From contig CBDCTC010000004.1 in assembly GCA_965222125.1 (NCBI GenBank), positions 130,299 to 194,298 of the forward strand: a stretch of DNA of 64,000 bases, read 5' to 3'. The notes below the pieces were generated by a model that had not been told where the DNA came from, searched no databases, and saw only the letters and a program-made list of their open reading frames with translations. Positions 1-8,426 of the stretch are shown here, piece after piece; within the stretch, counting starts at the first letter, position 1; each line of letters begins with the position of its first letter. Origin of the DNA: Dehalococcoidia bacterium. Lineage in GTDB: Bacteria; Chloroflexota; Dehalococcoidia; Lucifugimonadales; CAZENU01. The translations under genes and the position numbers were made by a program.

Positions 1-34
1 TTGACCTTGACCTCTTCGATCTCTCCCCACCCCT

Positions 35-63
35 GGATTCCGGCCCGGGGGCCGGAATGACGG
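35..63. repeat. REP-like palindromic unit, variant form (ATTCCGGCC-CGGG-GGCCGGAAT followed by GACGG)
   Basis: Near-perfect palindrome with the same GGAATGACGG tail as the ATTCCCGC-N4-GCGGGAAT-GACGG units elsewhere in the window. Confidence 0.5.
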
Positions 64-231
64 GTATGCCCCACTCTGGAGACGGACAAGCCTGCCTTCA
101 TGGCTATGCGACGCCCGATTGCCGAGCGTCCCCCGAGCGCCGGTGACCGCCGCACTCCCGGCCACTGGGAGGCGGACCTGATGCTGTTCAGGACATATGG
201 ACAATCCACCTTCCCGCCTGCGCGGGAATGA
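61..231 (+). pseudogene. Possible IS30-like transposase remnant (internal fragment only)
   Basis: The frame-1 translation ...AMRRPIAERPPSAGDRRTPGHWEADLMLFRTYGQ... resembles the conserved ...ERP...R..PGHWEGDL... segment of IS30-family transposases. There is no plausible N-terminus or catalytic core. The fragment is bounded on both sides by palindromic repeat units. Confidence 0.3.
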
Positions 232-327
232 CGGTTGCAGAGGTCTCGGTGCGCGGGAAGGACGGCTGTGCAAAGGTCTCCCTGCGCGGAAGGACGGTTG
301 TGCAAAGGTCTCCCTGCGCGGGAATCC
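211..327. repeat. REP-like repeat cluster: palindrome TTCCCGC-CTGC-GCGGGAA, then about 3 tandem 31-33 bp units (CGCGGGAAkGACGGyTGtGCAAAGGTCTCcctg)
   Basis: Units were read at 221-251, 252-284 and 285-316, with a partial unit at 317-327. The same unit occurs inverted at 1959-1986 and 3456-3485. Confidence 0.8.
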
Positions 328-441
328 AGTGGTTTGGAGGGGGCACCTCCCAACGGCCCACAGCCAGGCGCGCGGATGGTGCGCCGGCCGCGTCCGAGTG
401 ATAAGCTGAGCGCGCGAACGTCACCGGAGAGAGGGAAAGAC

Positions 442-1956
442 ATGGCCCTGATCGACATCGGCTCCAAGAAGCAGCTATTCCTCGACGACTACCTCGTCGA
501 GAGCATGACCGACGCCAGGAAGGGTGTGAACCCCGCGGTGAAGGTCGACCACAACCCGGTCCTCAGGGCCGAGCGGCCTTGGGAGGGCAACCACATCGCG
601 GGGGGCAAGGTCATCTACGATGAGGACGAGGGTCTGTTCAAGATGTGGTACAGCGGCACCAACCTGCGCGTCGACCCGGAGAGGAAGACAGGCGGGGCGT
701 GGGGCATACAACTCCTCGGCGAGGACGAAGCCGTGAAGTGCCTCGCGACGTCCGAAGACGGCATCCACTGGGAGCGGCCCACGCTCGGACTGGTGGAGTT
801 CCAGGGGTCGAAGGAGAACAACATCCTGCCGCCGGGCGCCATGACCCCGACGTTCAGGGACGCCCACGAAACAGACCCTTCGAAGCGCTACAAGCACCTC
901 AACTGGACCAAGGACACCACGGCGCCCATGGTGGGCGACCTCTACTACTCGCCGAACGGGTTCGAGTGGACGCCCTACGAGGGCAACCCGATCATCGACA
1001 CGACGCCGATCATCGGCCGCTGGGGCCCTACCTACTTCATGGGCTGGGACCCCATCCGGCAGACCTACGCCGCCTACGTGGAGAACACTCACCACATGCG
1101 GGGCCCCCTCGGCAAGCGGATCACAGGCCGCGCCGAGAGCCCGGACGCCATTCACTGGAGCGACCCGGAGACCGTCCTGCTGCAGGACGAGCTCGACTAC
1201 CCGGACACCGAGTTCTACGAGCTGAACGTGACGCCCTACGAGGGCATGTACCTCGGGATGCTCTGGATATTCCGAACCACAAACCTGACCCATCATCCCG
1301 AGCTGGTCGTCAGCCGCGACGGCGTCCACTTCGAGCGCAACTACCGCGAGCCGTTCGTCTACCGCGGAGGCCGGCGCGTCGACTTCGACCACGACAGCAT
1401 CTACCTGACCGAGGTGGTACCGCACGGTGACAAGGTCCTCTGCTACTACAACGGCACCAACTGCCGCTCGCCGGAGCACATGATCGAGCTGGGCGACGAC
1501 GCCACCATGGCCATAGGCCTGGCCGTGTCGCGCCTCGACGGCTTCGTATCCGTGGACAGCGGCAAGGGCTGGATCCAGGGCGACGAAACCGACGACGTGC
1601 TCCGGACGATCACCGGCACCCCGCACCTGGAGCAGGTGTCCCAGGGCCCCCGGTCGTTCGGCCAGCTCGTCACACGCTCCTTCAGCTTCAGCGGCTCTCA
1701 GTTGCACCTGAACTGGACGCGCGCGCCGATCGCGGCCGGACCCGGCCACGGCGAGTTGCGCGTCGAGCTGCTCACCTTCAACCACCGGAAGATCGAGGGC
1801 TTCACCTTCGACGACGCCGACCCGATCTTGGACTCGGGGCTCGACCAGGTCGTCTCGTGGAACGGCGATTCCGACCTGAGCCGCCTCGCCGGCCAGGCGA
1901 TCAAGCTCCGCTTCTACCTGAAAAACTCCAAGCTCTACTCGTTCCAGTTCCGATAG
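442..1956 (+). CDS. Glycoside-hydrolase-like beta-propeller protein, family not assignable by eye; paralog of 7033..8397
   Basis: Track ORF 235..1956 was trimmed to ATG 442 because the upstream part runs through the repeat cluster and a purine-rich GAGAGAGGGAAAG tract lies just upstream. The N-terminus KKQLFLDDYLVESM and the C-terminus LRFYLKNSKLYSFQFR mirror RQLFVDDFWIEES and LRFVIKDADLYAFKFR of the paralog. Confidence 0.75.
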   Translation: MALIDIGSKKQLFLDDYLVESMTDARKGVNPAVKVDHNPVLRAERPWEGNHIAGGKVIYDEDEGLFKMWYSGTNLRVDPERKTGGAWGIQLLGEDEAVKCLATSEDGIHWERPTLGLVEFQGSKENNILPPGAMTPTFRDAHETDPSKRYKHLNWTKDTTAPMVGDLYYSPNGFEWTPYEGNPIIDTTPIIGRWGPTYFMGWDPIRQTYAAYVENTHHMRGPLGKRITGRAESPDAIHWSDPETVLLQDELDYPDTEFYELNVTPYEGMYLGMLWIFRTTNLTHHPELVVSRDGVHFERNYREPFVYRGGRRVDFDHDSIYLTEVVPHGDKVLCYYNGTNCRSPEHMIELGDDATMAIGLAVSRLDGFVSVDSGKGWIQGDETDDVLRTITGTPHLEQVSQGPRSFGQLVTRSFSFSGSQLHLNWTRAPIAAGPGHGELRVELLTFNHRKIEGFTFDDADPILDSGLDQVVSWNGDSDLSRLAGQAIKLRFYLKNSKLYSFQFR

Positions 1957-2124
1957 GGAGACCTTTGCATAACCGTCATTCCCGCGCAGAGCCTGCCCTC
2001 GTGAAGACGGGGGCGAGAATCCAGGGCAAGGGGTGGGGATGGGTTCCCGTCTCCACGGGAACGACGGGCGGAGGCGCCGCACCTTCACTATTACTCCCGC
2101 GAGGGGGTTACGCAAAGGTCTGAT
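1957..2124. repeat. REP-like repeat cluster (inverted unit GAGACCTTTGCATAACCGTCATTCCCGCG, a 48-bp hairpin module, and a terminal unit ...CCCGCGAGGGGGTTACGCAAAGGTCT)
   Basis: It fills the 198-bp spacer between two + strand genes. It contains CCGTCATTCCCGCG at 1973-1986. Module 2029-2076 is identical to 3599-3646. Confidence 0.8.
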
Positions 2125-2154
2125 AGGCGGGAACGACATGGGAGGATCGCCCGG

Positions 2155-3366
2155 ATGAAGATCACCGACCTGAAGTGCGCCATCATCGGCGGCAACCCCG
2201 TCGTCCGGATCACCACGGACGAGGGGATCGACGGCCTCGGACAGGCGGAGTGGGCCAAGCCGTACCTGAAACCTCACGTCCTCTTCTACCGCGACTACGT
2301 CGTCGGACAGGACCCGACCAACGTCGAGGGCGTCATGCGCAGGATCAGGCGCCTCGGCAGCTTCAAGCCCTGGGGCGCGGCCGTCAGCGCAATCGAGGTC
2401 GCCCTGTGGGACATAGCCGGCAAGGCCGCCGGCGTTCCGGTGTACAAGCTGCTCGGCGGCAAGGTCCGCGACAGCGTGAAGGTCTATAACGGCGGCGTCA
2501 GGTTCCCGCTCGCCGGGCAGTCCCCCGACGACTACGCCGACAACATGCGCAGGATGAAGGAGTCGCCGGAGGGCTTCTCGATCATCAAGATGGGCATCGC
2601 CTTCCACTCCCAGATGGTCGAGCAGGTCCCCGACTTCGCCTACAGCGGCCCCGAGGTCTCAGGCCGGATCGAGGGCGGGGGACCGCTCCTCGTACACGGC
2701 GGACTGATGACCGAGCGCGGCATGCGCCATGTCGTCGAGTGCGTCGAGGCGATGAAGGATGTGCTGGGAGACGAGATCGGCCTCGCGCTCGACTGCGGGC
2801 CGGGCTTCACCGTGCCCGACGCGATCAGGCTGGCGAAGGCGCTCGAGCCGCTGAACGTCATGTGGCTGGAAGACATGATCACCGGCGACTACACGCCCTA
2901 CGTCCTCGCCGATCTGTACCGCGAGGTGACGCGGAGCACGTCGACGCCGATCCACACCGGCGAGCAGATATACCTGAGGCACCACTTCAAGGACCTGTTT
3001 GAGCGCAAGGCGGTCAACGTGATCGGGCCGGACCCGCTGGACGTCGGCGGCCTCGCCGAGATGAAATGGATCGCCGAGTACGCGGATCTGCACGGCATAC
3101 TGATCGCCCCGCACGGCGTCGCCGACGGCCTCATCGGCCTCGCCGCGCACGTGCATCTGGCCGCGACCCTGCCGTCAAACTACATTGCCCTCGAGTACCC
3201 GGTTGCCAACCCCGACTGGTGGCGCGACATCGTCCGCGGCCTCCCGGACCCGATCGTCGAGAACAGCGCCATACGCGTCTGGGACACTCCCGGCCTCGGT
3301 ATTGAGCTCGACGCCGACGCCGCGGCCCCGTACCTGCAAGAAGAGGACGCCGACTTCTTCGACTAA
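2155..3366 (+). CDS. Enolase-superfamily enzyme (mandelate racemase/muconate lactonizing family; probable sugar-acid dehydratase)
   Basis: 403 aa with RBS GGGAGGA upstream. The N-terminal capping domain reads MKITDLK...VRITTDEGIDGLGQAE. Candidate metal ligands sit in LALDCGPG, VMWLEDM and IHTGEQ, as expected for the MR/MLE barrel. Confidence 0.85.
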   Translation: MKITDLKCAIIGGNPVVRITTDEGIDGLGQAEWAKPYLKPHVLFYRDYVVGQDPTNVEGVMRRIRRLGSFKPWGAAVSAIEVALWDIAGKAAGVPVYKLLGGKVRDSVKVYNGGVRFPLAGQSPDDYADNMRRMKESPEGFSIIKMGIAFHSQMVEQVPDFAYSGPEVSGRIEGGGPLLVHGGLMTERGMRHVVECVEAMKDVLGDEIGLALDCGPGFTVPDAIRLAKALEPLNVMWLEDMITGDYTPYVLADLYREVTRSTSTPIHTGEQIYLRHHFKDLFERKAVNVIGPDPLDVGGLAEMKWIAEYADLHGILIAPHGVADGLIGLAAHVHLAATLPSNYIALEYPVANPDWWRDIVRGLPDPIVENSAIRVWDTPGLGIELDADAAAPYLQEEDADFFD

Positions 3367-3425
3367 CCCGCCCCGGTAGGGCTCTCGGGCCGTACGTCCA
3401 GGGAGCCCCCTCTCTCTCGACCAGG

Positions 3426-3697
3426 CCTCTTGCATAACCGTCATTCCCGCGACACGGAGACGTTTGCACAACCGTCATTCCCGCGAAAGCGGGAATCTAG
3501 GGGTGAGTTGTCCAGCTAAGAAATCTACGTATCTCCACGACATTCGTCTCCCACAAGGGGAGTTGCGCAAAGGTCTCCGGACGCGGGAAGCAACGGCGAG
3601 GGGTGGGGATGGGTTCCCGTCTCCACGGGAACGACGGGCGGAGGCGGCGCACCCACACCGTCATTCCCGCGAGGGAAGTTACGCCAAGGTCTCTCGA
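3426..3697. repeat. REP-like repeat cluster (at least 4 units plus the 48-bp hairpin module)
   Basis: CCGTCATTCCCGCG occurs at 3438-3451, 3472-3485 and 3658-3671. A perfect hairpin ATTCCCGC-GAAA-GCGGGAAT lies at 3477-3496. The module at 3599-3646 is identical to 2029-2076. The cluster lies between convergent genes. Confidence 0.8.
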
Positions 3698-3720
3698 CAG
3701 GAGCGGGTGAGCGTGACGCG

Positions 3721-4854
3721 CTAGAGCTTCAAAATCCGGGCTGCGTTGCCGCCCAGGACGAGCGCCCGCTCTTCGTCTGTGAAAAAGTCGCAGTGGACGG
3801 CGATGTGGTCCACCGCCTGCTTATACGTGCACCAGAAGCCGGAGGCGAACGGCATGTCCGACCCCCAGGTGAAGGTCTCAACGCCGGCCTCGCCGCACAT
3901 CCGCTTGACGAACTCCTGGCCCTCCGGGTACGGGTACTCGGGCCACTTCGCGGGGTTTTGGAACTCCGCGTAGACGTCCGGGCGCTTGAGGAGAGAGATA
4001 AGCTCGGCGGGTATTCCGAGATCGTGAAAGATGATCGCCGGCACCAGGCCGTGAGTGATCAGGCTTGGTATGTCGGGGTTGGCGTCGGACCAGCGCGTCA
4101 GCTCGTCGAGCCTCTCCGTAAAGGCCTTCTTCCGGTCGCGCTTGCGCGCGTCGAGATACCACCAAACCGGGACGTCCAGTCTCCGTACCAGGTCCCACAG
4201 GCCGGTGAACTTGTCGTCCTGCAGCCGGTCCGCGTACCCGGCCATAGCCAGCGGCTCCACGCTGAAGTAGACCCCCTTGCAGCCGTACTCCCGCACGGCC
4301 ATGTCCACGCGCTCCAGCTCCTCGTCGCGGTCGGCCTCCCACTCGCGAACCTGGGCCAGCGGGGCGAACCTGCCCGGATGCTCTCTGGTCAGCCTGCCGT
4401 AGTACTCGTTGAGGTCACCGTAAACGTGGTCGCTCTGGAGCACTGCCACGTCGACGCCCGCGATGTCCATCTCGGCAACCATTCGCTCGCCCGGCGCGTC
4501 CCACGTGGTCAGATCAGGCGGGTACGCCTGCATGTAGTAGTCGACTCCGTCCCGGCTGAACTCGACCCTGCCGAACTCGGTCAGCCGGAAGCCGAGGTCG
4601 GGCATCTCGTGGATGTCGTCGGACGGGAAGTCGAGCAGGGTGGCGTCGAGACGGGCGCCGTCGGCCTTCCGCCATATGTCTCGGAAGTCCCTCATGTGGT
4701 ACTGGACGAGCCGCGTATGCACCTGCGGGTCCCAGCCGCGGGACCGCCCCAGGGGCGGGAAGCTGTGGCAGTGGGTGTCCACCACCAGGGCCGAGGCCGA
4801 GTCGACGCGCCTCCATCCGGTGCCGAAGTACCCGGTGGTCGATTCATCGCTCAT
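3721..4854 (-). CDS. Amidohydrolase-family metal-dependent hydrolase (amidohydrolase_2 / TIM barrel)
   Basis: 377 aa. It has the HxH motif in VVDTHCHSFPP and a late WGSDMPF aspartate motif, and its length fits the family. Confidence 0.75.
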   Translation of the reverse strand: MSDESTTGYFGTGWRRVDSASALVVDTHCHSFPPLGRSRGWDPQVHTRLVQYHMRDFRDIWRKADGARLDATLLDFPSDDIHEMPDLGFRLTEFGRVEFSRDGVDYYMQAYPPDLTTWDAPGERMVAEMDIAGVDVAVLQSDHVYGDLNEYYGRLTREHPGRFAPLAQVREWEADRDEELERVDMAVREYGCKGVYFSVEPLAMAGYADRLQDDKFTGLWDLVRRLDVPVWWYLDARKRDRKKAFTERLDELTRWSDANPDIPSLITHGLVPAIIFHDLGIPAELISLLKRPDVYAEFQNPAKWPEYPYPEGQEFVKRMCGEAGVETFTWGSDMPFASGFWCTYKQAVDHIAVHCDFFTDEERALVLGGNAARILKL

Positions 4855-5235
4855 GTGCTCCCTCCCGACGAACGATGGCGGCCGATACGTCGCGCCCTGT
4901 CAGACGACGTCGTGCGCCGGCGCTCGCCTCAATTACACCACGACACGGATTCGTTTTCAAAGGTGACGTGGTCTCTTCGGCTGCTCAATTGCCCCGGAGA
5001 CCCCGCATTGCCGCTGGTGGCAGAGTTGCCCGCCTTGGTGCCCAGGCCGGCCTGCACGGGACGACTCCTTCAAGAAACAACCCCCGTGGGTGCGTGGTAG
5101 ACTAGCAAGCGTCGTCGGCGCCTCTCAGCGGGGTTGGGCATCCCGCATCGTAAGAATCGTAAGAACCGAGGGGGTCGTCGCGTCACCCACGCTGCGCCGG
5201 AACGTTGCGCCGAATCGGCCGGAGGACTCTCCAAG

Positions 5236-6105
5236 ATGATAAAACTGGCGTGTAACTCGTTGATCGCGGTCGGGGACGGCCAGTCGATGGACGCCGAGGA
5301 GTTCGTCGAGCTCGCATACGAGTTGAGACTCGACGCCGTCGACTTCCAGCTCGACCGCGGGCTGCGCTCACGCGACCGCGGCTACCTGCTGCGTCTGAAG
5401 CGGGCGTGCCTGAACCGCGGCCTGCCCATAGGCTTCCTCGGCATCGGCAGCGGTTTCATCGGCTCGACCGCGCCGCCGCATCTCGGCGGCGTAGGCGCGC
5501 CGCTGCCGCGTGAGGAGCTGCGCCGGCGCATCGACGAGGCCAAAGCGGCCGTCGACGACGCGGCCTACATGGGAGCGCCGCTGATACGGATCTTCGGCGG
5601 CAGCATCCCGGAGGCCACGGAGAGACGCGACGAGCTCTGGTCGGAGATGATCGCCAGCTACCAGGAGGTCGCCGACTACGCGGCCGGCCGGGGCGTCTTC
5701 ATAGGGCTGCACAACCACCCGCCGGTCGACTCGCCGACCGGCGACGACATACTCCGCATCCTGCGAGACACCGACCGGCCCAACTTCACCTTCATACTGG
5801 ACACCGGGCGCTGGTACGGCTCCCCAGGAACGGCCCCGATGGGCGAGACGGATCCTGACGTGGACATCTACGAGTACATGGAGCAGACGGCGCCGTACGC
5901 GTCGTACGTCAGGGCGAAAATATACAAGATCGACAGCGGCCGCGAGGAGTGGATTGACTACGGTCGAGTGATGGAGGTGCTCCAGGCCGTCGGCTTCAAC
6001 GGAACGATCTCGATCGTCTACGAGGACCAGGGCAACGCCTGCGATCCCCGCGAGGCCATCGCCCTCGCGGTGGCGCACCTAAGGGACGCAATTGCGGGCG
6101 CCTGA
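5236..6105 (+). CDS. Sugar phosphate isomerase/epimerase (xylose-isomerase-like TIM barrel)
   Basis: Track ORF 5134..6105 was trimmed to ATG 5236, which has GGAGGA 10 nt upstream. Motifs include MIKLACNS..., ...IRIFGG... and ...IGLHNHP..., typical of AP-endonuclease-2/xylose-isomerase-like barrels. Confidence 0.7.
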   Translation: MIKLACNSLIAVGDGQSMDAEEFVELAYELRLDAVDFQLDRGLRSRDRGYLLRLKRACLNRGLPIGFLGIGSGFIGSTAPPHLGGVGAPLPREELRRRIDEAKAAVDDAAYMGAPLIRIFGGSIPEATERRDELWSEMIASYQEVADYAAGRGVFIGLHNHPPVDSPTGDDILRILRDTDRPNFTFILDTGRWYGSPGTAPMGETDPDVDIYEYMEQTAPYASYVRAKIYKIDSGREEWIDYGRVMEVLQAVGFNGTISIVYEDQGNACDPREAIALAVAHLRDAIAGA

Positions 6106-6165
6106 AGGTCGAAGCGCGTCGATGGCCTGCGGCCGAATGGCCGATCCCCATGCGGGGGACGTCGG

Positions 6166-6564
6166 ATGAGCGAGAAGCGCTTCACGCTGGACGAGGCCCG
6201 CGGCCTGGTTCAGTGGCTGCAGGAGACGTTCGACAGCCTGGCGCCGCTGCGCGACCGGATGCTGCGGCTCCACGGCGAGATCGACGAGATGGTCGAGCGC
6301 AGGCGGTCCAACGGGGGTAGCCACCCGGAACAGCGGCTGGACCTGAGCCGTCGCGCCCTGTCCGAGGTCGCGGAGACCCTCTCCGAAGAGCTGCGCCCCG
6401 TGCTGGAGCGCGGGATACTGGTCAGGAGCGTCGACAGGCCGCTGGTCGACTTCCCGTCGACGCGCGAGGGCCGCGAGGTGTACCTGTGCTGGCTCGGCGG
6501 CGAGACGGACATCGAGTTCTGGCACGAGACCGACACCGGTTTCGCCGAACGCCAGGCGCTGTGA
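6166..6564 (+). CDS. DUF2203-like small protein
   Basis: 132 aa. The pattern FTLDEARGLV... through ...RGILVRSVDRPLVDFPSTREGREVYLCWLGGETDIEFWHE matches what I recall for DUF2203. Confidence 0.55.
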   Translation: MSEKRFTLDEARGLVQWLQETFDSLAPLRDRMLRLHGEIDEMVERRRSNGGSHPEQRLDLSRRALSEVAETLSEELRPVLERGILVRSVDRPLVDFPSTREGREVYLCWLGGETDIEFWHETDTGFAERQAL

Positions 6565-6672
6565 CATGCGCCGTTGGGGCACCGCATTCGTCCCCCTTGC
6601 GGCAGCTTCACTCACCGTCGTCGTAGCGTGTACAATCTCGCAGGCCGCATCGATGGAGCCAAGGAGTAGCGA

Positions 6673-6969
6673 ATGATAGTCGTCCGTCGGACATACACGC
6701 CGCAGCCCGGCGGGGGTGGGCTTGTGGAGCACCTGAGGGAAGTGGGCTGGGCAACCGTGGAGGCCGGCTTTCCTCCGATCGCGATCTACCGGCGGGTGCT
6801 CGGCCCGCACGGGACGCTGGTCACCGAGCAGCGGTGGCCGTCCATCGCGGCGTACGAGGACTCGCGCAAGCGTGTCCGCGCGACGTCCGCGATCACCGAC
6901 ATATTCGGCCGCATCTACCCGCTGCTGGCGTCCACCCACGTCACCGAGATATACGAAGACGTCGACTGA
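6673..6969 (+). CDS. Hypothetical small protein (possibly a ferredoxin-like/NIPSNAP-like fold)
   Basis: 98-aa ORF on the same strand as its neighbour, with AAGGAG 7 nt upstream of the ATG. No diagnostic motif. Confidence 0.5.
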   Translation: MIVVRRTYTPQPGGGGLVEHLREVGWATVEAGFPPIAIYRRVLGPHGTLVTEQRWPSIAAYEDSRKRVRATSAITDIFGRIYPLLASTHVTEIYEDVD

Positions 6970-7032
6970 GCGCACGCCCGGCGCGTTCCGCGCCAAGCCC
7001 GCGACAGATCGGCAGGGGCGGGTGCCGCCCGG

Positions 7033-8397
7033 CTAGCGGAACTTGAACGCGTACAGGTCCGCGTCCTTGATGACGAACCGCAGCCGCACCGGCCTGCCAG
7101 CCATCGCGCTCACGTCGGTCACCCCGTTCCAGGACACCACGCGCTCTATGCTGTCGCCGTACATCGGCGAGCAATCGTCCAGCGTGTGGCCGGGCACGGG
7201 ATAGCCGTCCGGGTCCTGCATCTCGACCCGCACGGAGCCCACCGCTGACGTCGAGAAGTTGATGGTCAGGTTGCTGCGCGCGAACCGGAAGGGGCGCGTG
7301 CTGAACTCGCCGCCCGCGTATCCGGCCTGCACCGACACGAAGCCGTCCGTGCGCAGCACGTACCGCCGGATGCGCATCGAGTCCAGGTGCGAGTGTTCCA
7401 TGCCGTAGATTGACAGCTCCTCAGGCGATGTTTGCAGGATGCCGCGCTCGACGTAGATGCCGCGGTCGTGCCAGTTGTTCTTGTCCAGACCCGGCCGGAT
7501 GAACGCCTCCATGAAGCTGCGGTCGAAGTGCAGCCCGTCCCGGCTCGACATGAACACGATGTCGCTGACCCCGGTGCTGTACGTCCAGTCCGGGTCCGGC
7601 ACGCGGTCCACGACGAACCGCGACGGGAACATCAGGTACGTGCCGGGCGCGCGCTCGTACTGGACACAGGCGTTGGTGTACAGGTGCTCGAACGGCGTGT
7701 CGCCCGCGTCGATCAGCTCCAGCGGCGTCCACTCGCGGAAGTCCTTCGACGTCGTCCGCCTGATCCAGCGCACACCGCCCTTGAAGCTGCCCTTGCCGGC
7801 GACGCCCCGCGTGTATGCGACGTACTCGTTACGCCAGACGTCCCAGAACGCGATGTTGACCGAGTCGAACGGCCCGTCCGTAAGGATCGGCTCGTCCTGT
7901 ATGAGGCGCCACCGGATGCCGTCGGGCGACACGAGCGCCCGAACTACTGCGTTGCCCCGGATGATGGTCTTGTAGCGCTCGTCATCGGGAACGTCGGGAT
8001 TCGGATCGCGAAAGGGGACCATGTTGGCGCCCGGGCCCATCCAGACGAGGTTGTTGGCCGTCGAGCCGTTCACCTCGAAGAGTCCCAGGTCCGGCTTCTC
8101 CCAGTGGATTCCGTCCGCGCTCTCGGCGTAGGCCGTATCGTGGCCGCTGCGCCTGAGATGCATCGACGGATCGTGGTCGCACCGGTACCACGCCCGGAAC
8201 CTTCCGCCGTCCTCCATGAACCCCGCGCAGCAGGCGCCGGTGTCCCACGGCCGGTCGCTGGCGATCGCGACCTCCCGCCGTTCCGGGCTGTGGAGCCGCC
8301 GCTCAACGCCGCGGCTTTCCTCTATCCAGAAGTCGTCCACGAAGAGCTGCCGGTCCCTGCCGATGTCGGTAACGCTGTCGGAGGTTGTCATCTGCAT
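7033..8397 (-). CDS. Glycoside-hydrolase-like beta-propeller protein; paralog of 442..1956
   Basis: Track ORF 7033..8529 was trimmed to ATG 8397, which has AAAGGA upstream. The trim also removes the overlap with the upstream methyltransferase gene. N- and C-terminal motifs are shared with 442..1956. Confidence 0.75.
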   Translation of the reverse strand: MQMTTSDSVTDIGRDRQLFVDDFWIEESRGVERRLHSPERREVAIASDRPWDTGACCAGFMEDGGRFRAWYRCDHDPSMHLRRSGHDTAYAESADGIHWEKPDLGLFEVNGSTANNLVWMGPGANMVPFRDPNPDVPDDERYKTIIRGNAVVRALVSPDGIRWRLIQDEPILTDGPFDSVNIAFWDVWRNEYVAYTRGVAGKGSFKGGVRWIRRTTSKDFREWTPLELIDAGDTPFEHLYTNACVQYERAPGTYLMFPSRFVVDRVPDPDWTYSTGVSDIVFMSSRDGLHFDRSFMEAFIRPGLDKNNWHDRGIYVERGILQTSPEELSIYGMEHSHLDSMRIRRYVLRTDGFVSVQAGYAGGEFSTRPFRFARSNLTINFSTSAVGSVRVEMQDPDGYPVPGHTLDDCSPMYGDSIERVVSWNGVTDVSAMAGRPVRLRFVIKDADLYAFKFR

Positions 8398-8426
8398 TGG
8401 TTCCTTTCGTGTTGTCGGTAAGCTTG

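Noticed and set aside
235-441. An N-terminal extension of the first GH-like protein, together with ORFs 188..424 and 197..409.
   Set aside because: The extension is encoded entirely by the tandem REP-like units. The paralog at 7033..8397 has no such extension, and a better start with a purine-rich tract lies at 442.
475-2607. Very long ORFs antisense to, or out of frame with, called genes. Examples are 475..2607(-), 12116..13786(+), 15689..17080(+), 17158..18528(+), 34366..36177(+), 36921..38357(+), 39661..41136(+), 43829..45361(+) and 50721..52028(-).
   Set aside because: Their translations are Arg/Ala/Gly/Pro-rich low-complexity sequences with no motifs. Each overlaps a gene with strong family signatures on the other strand or frame. 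These are typical shadow ORFs of high-GC DNA.
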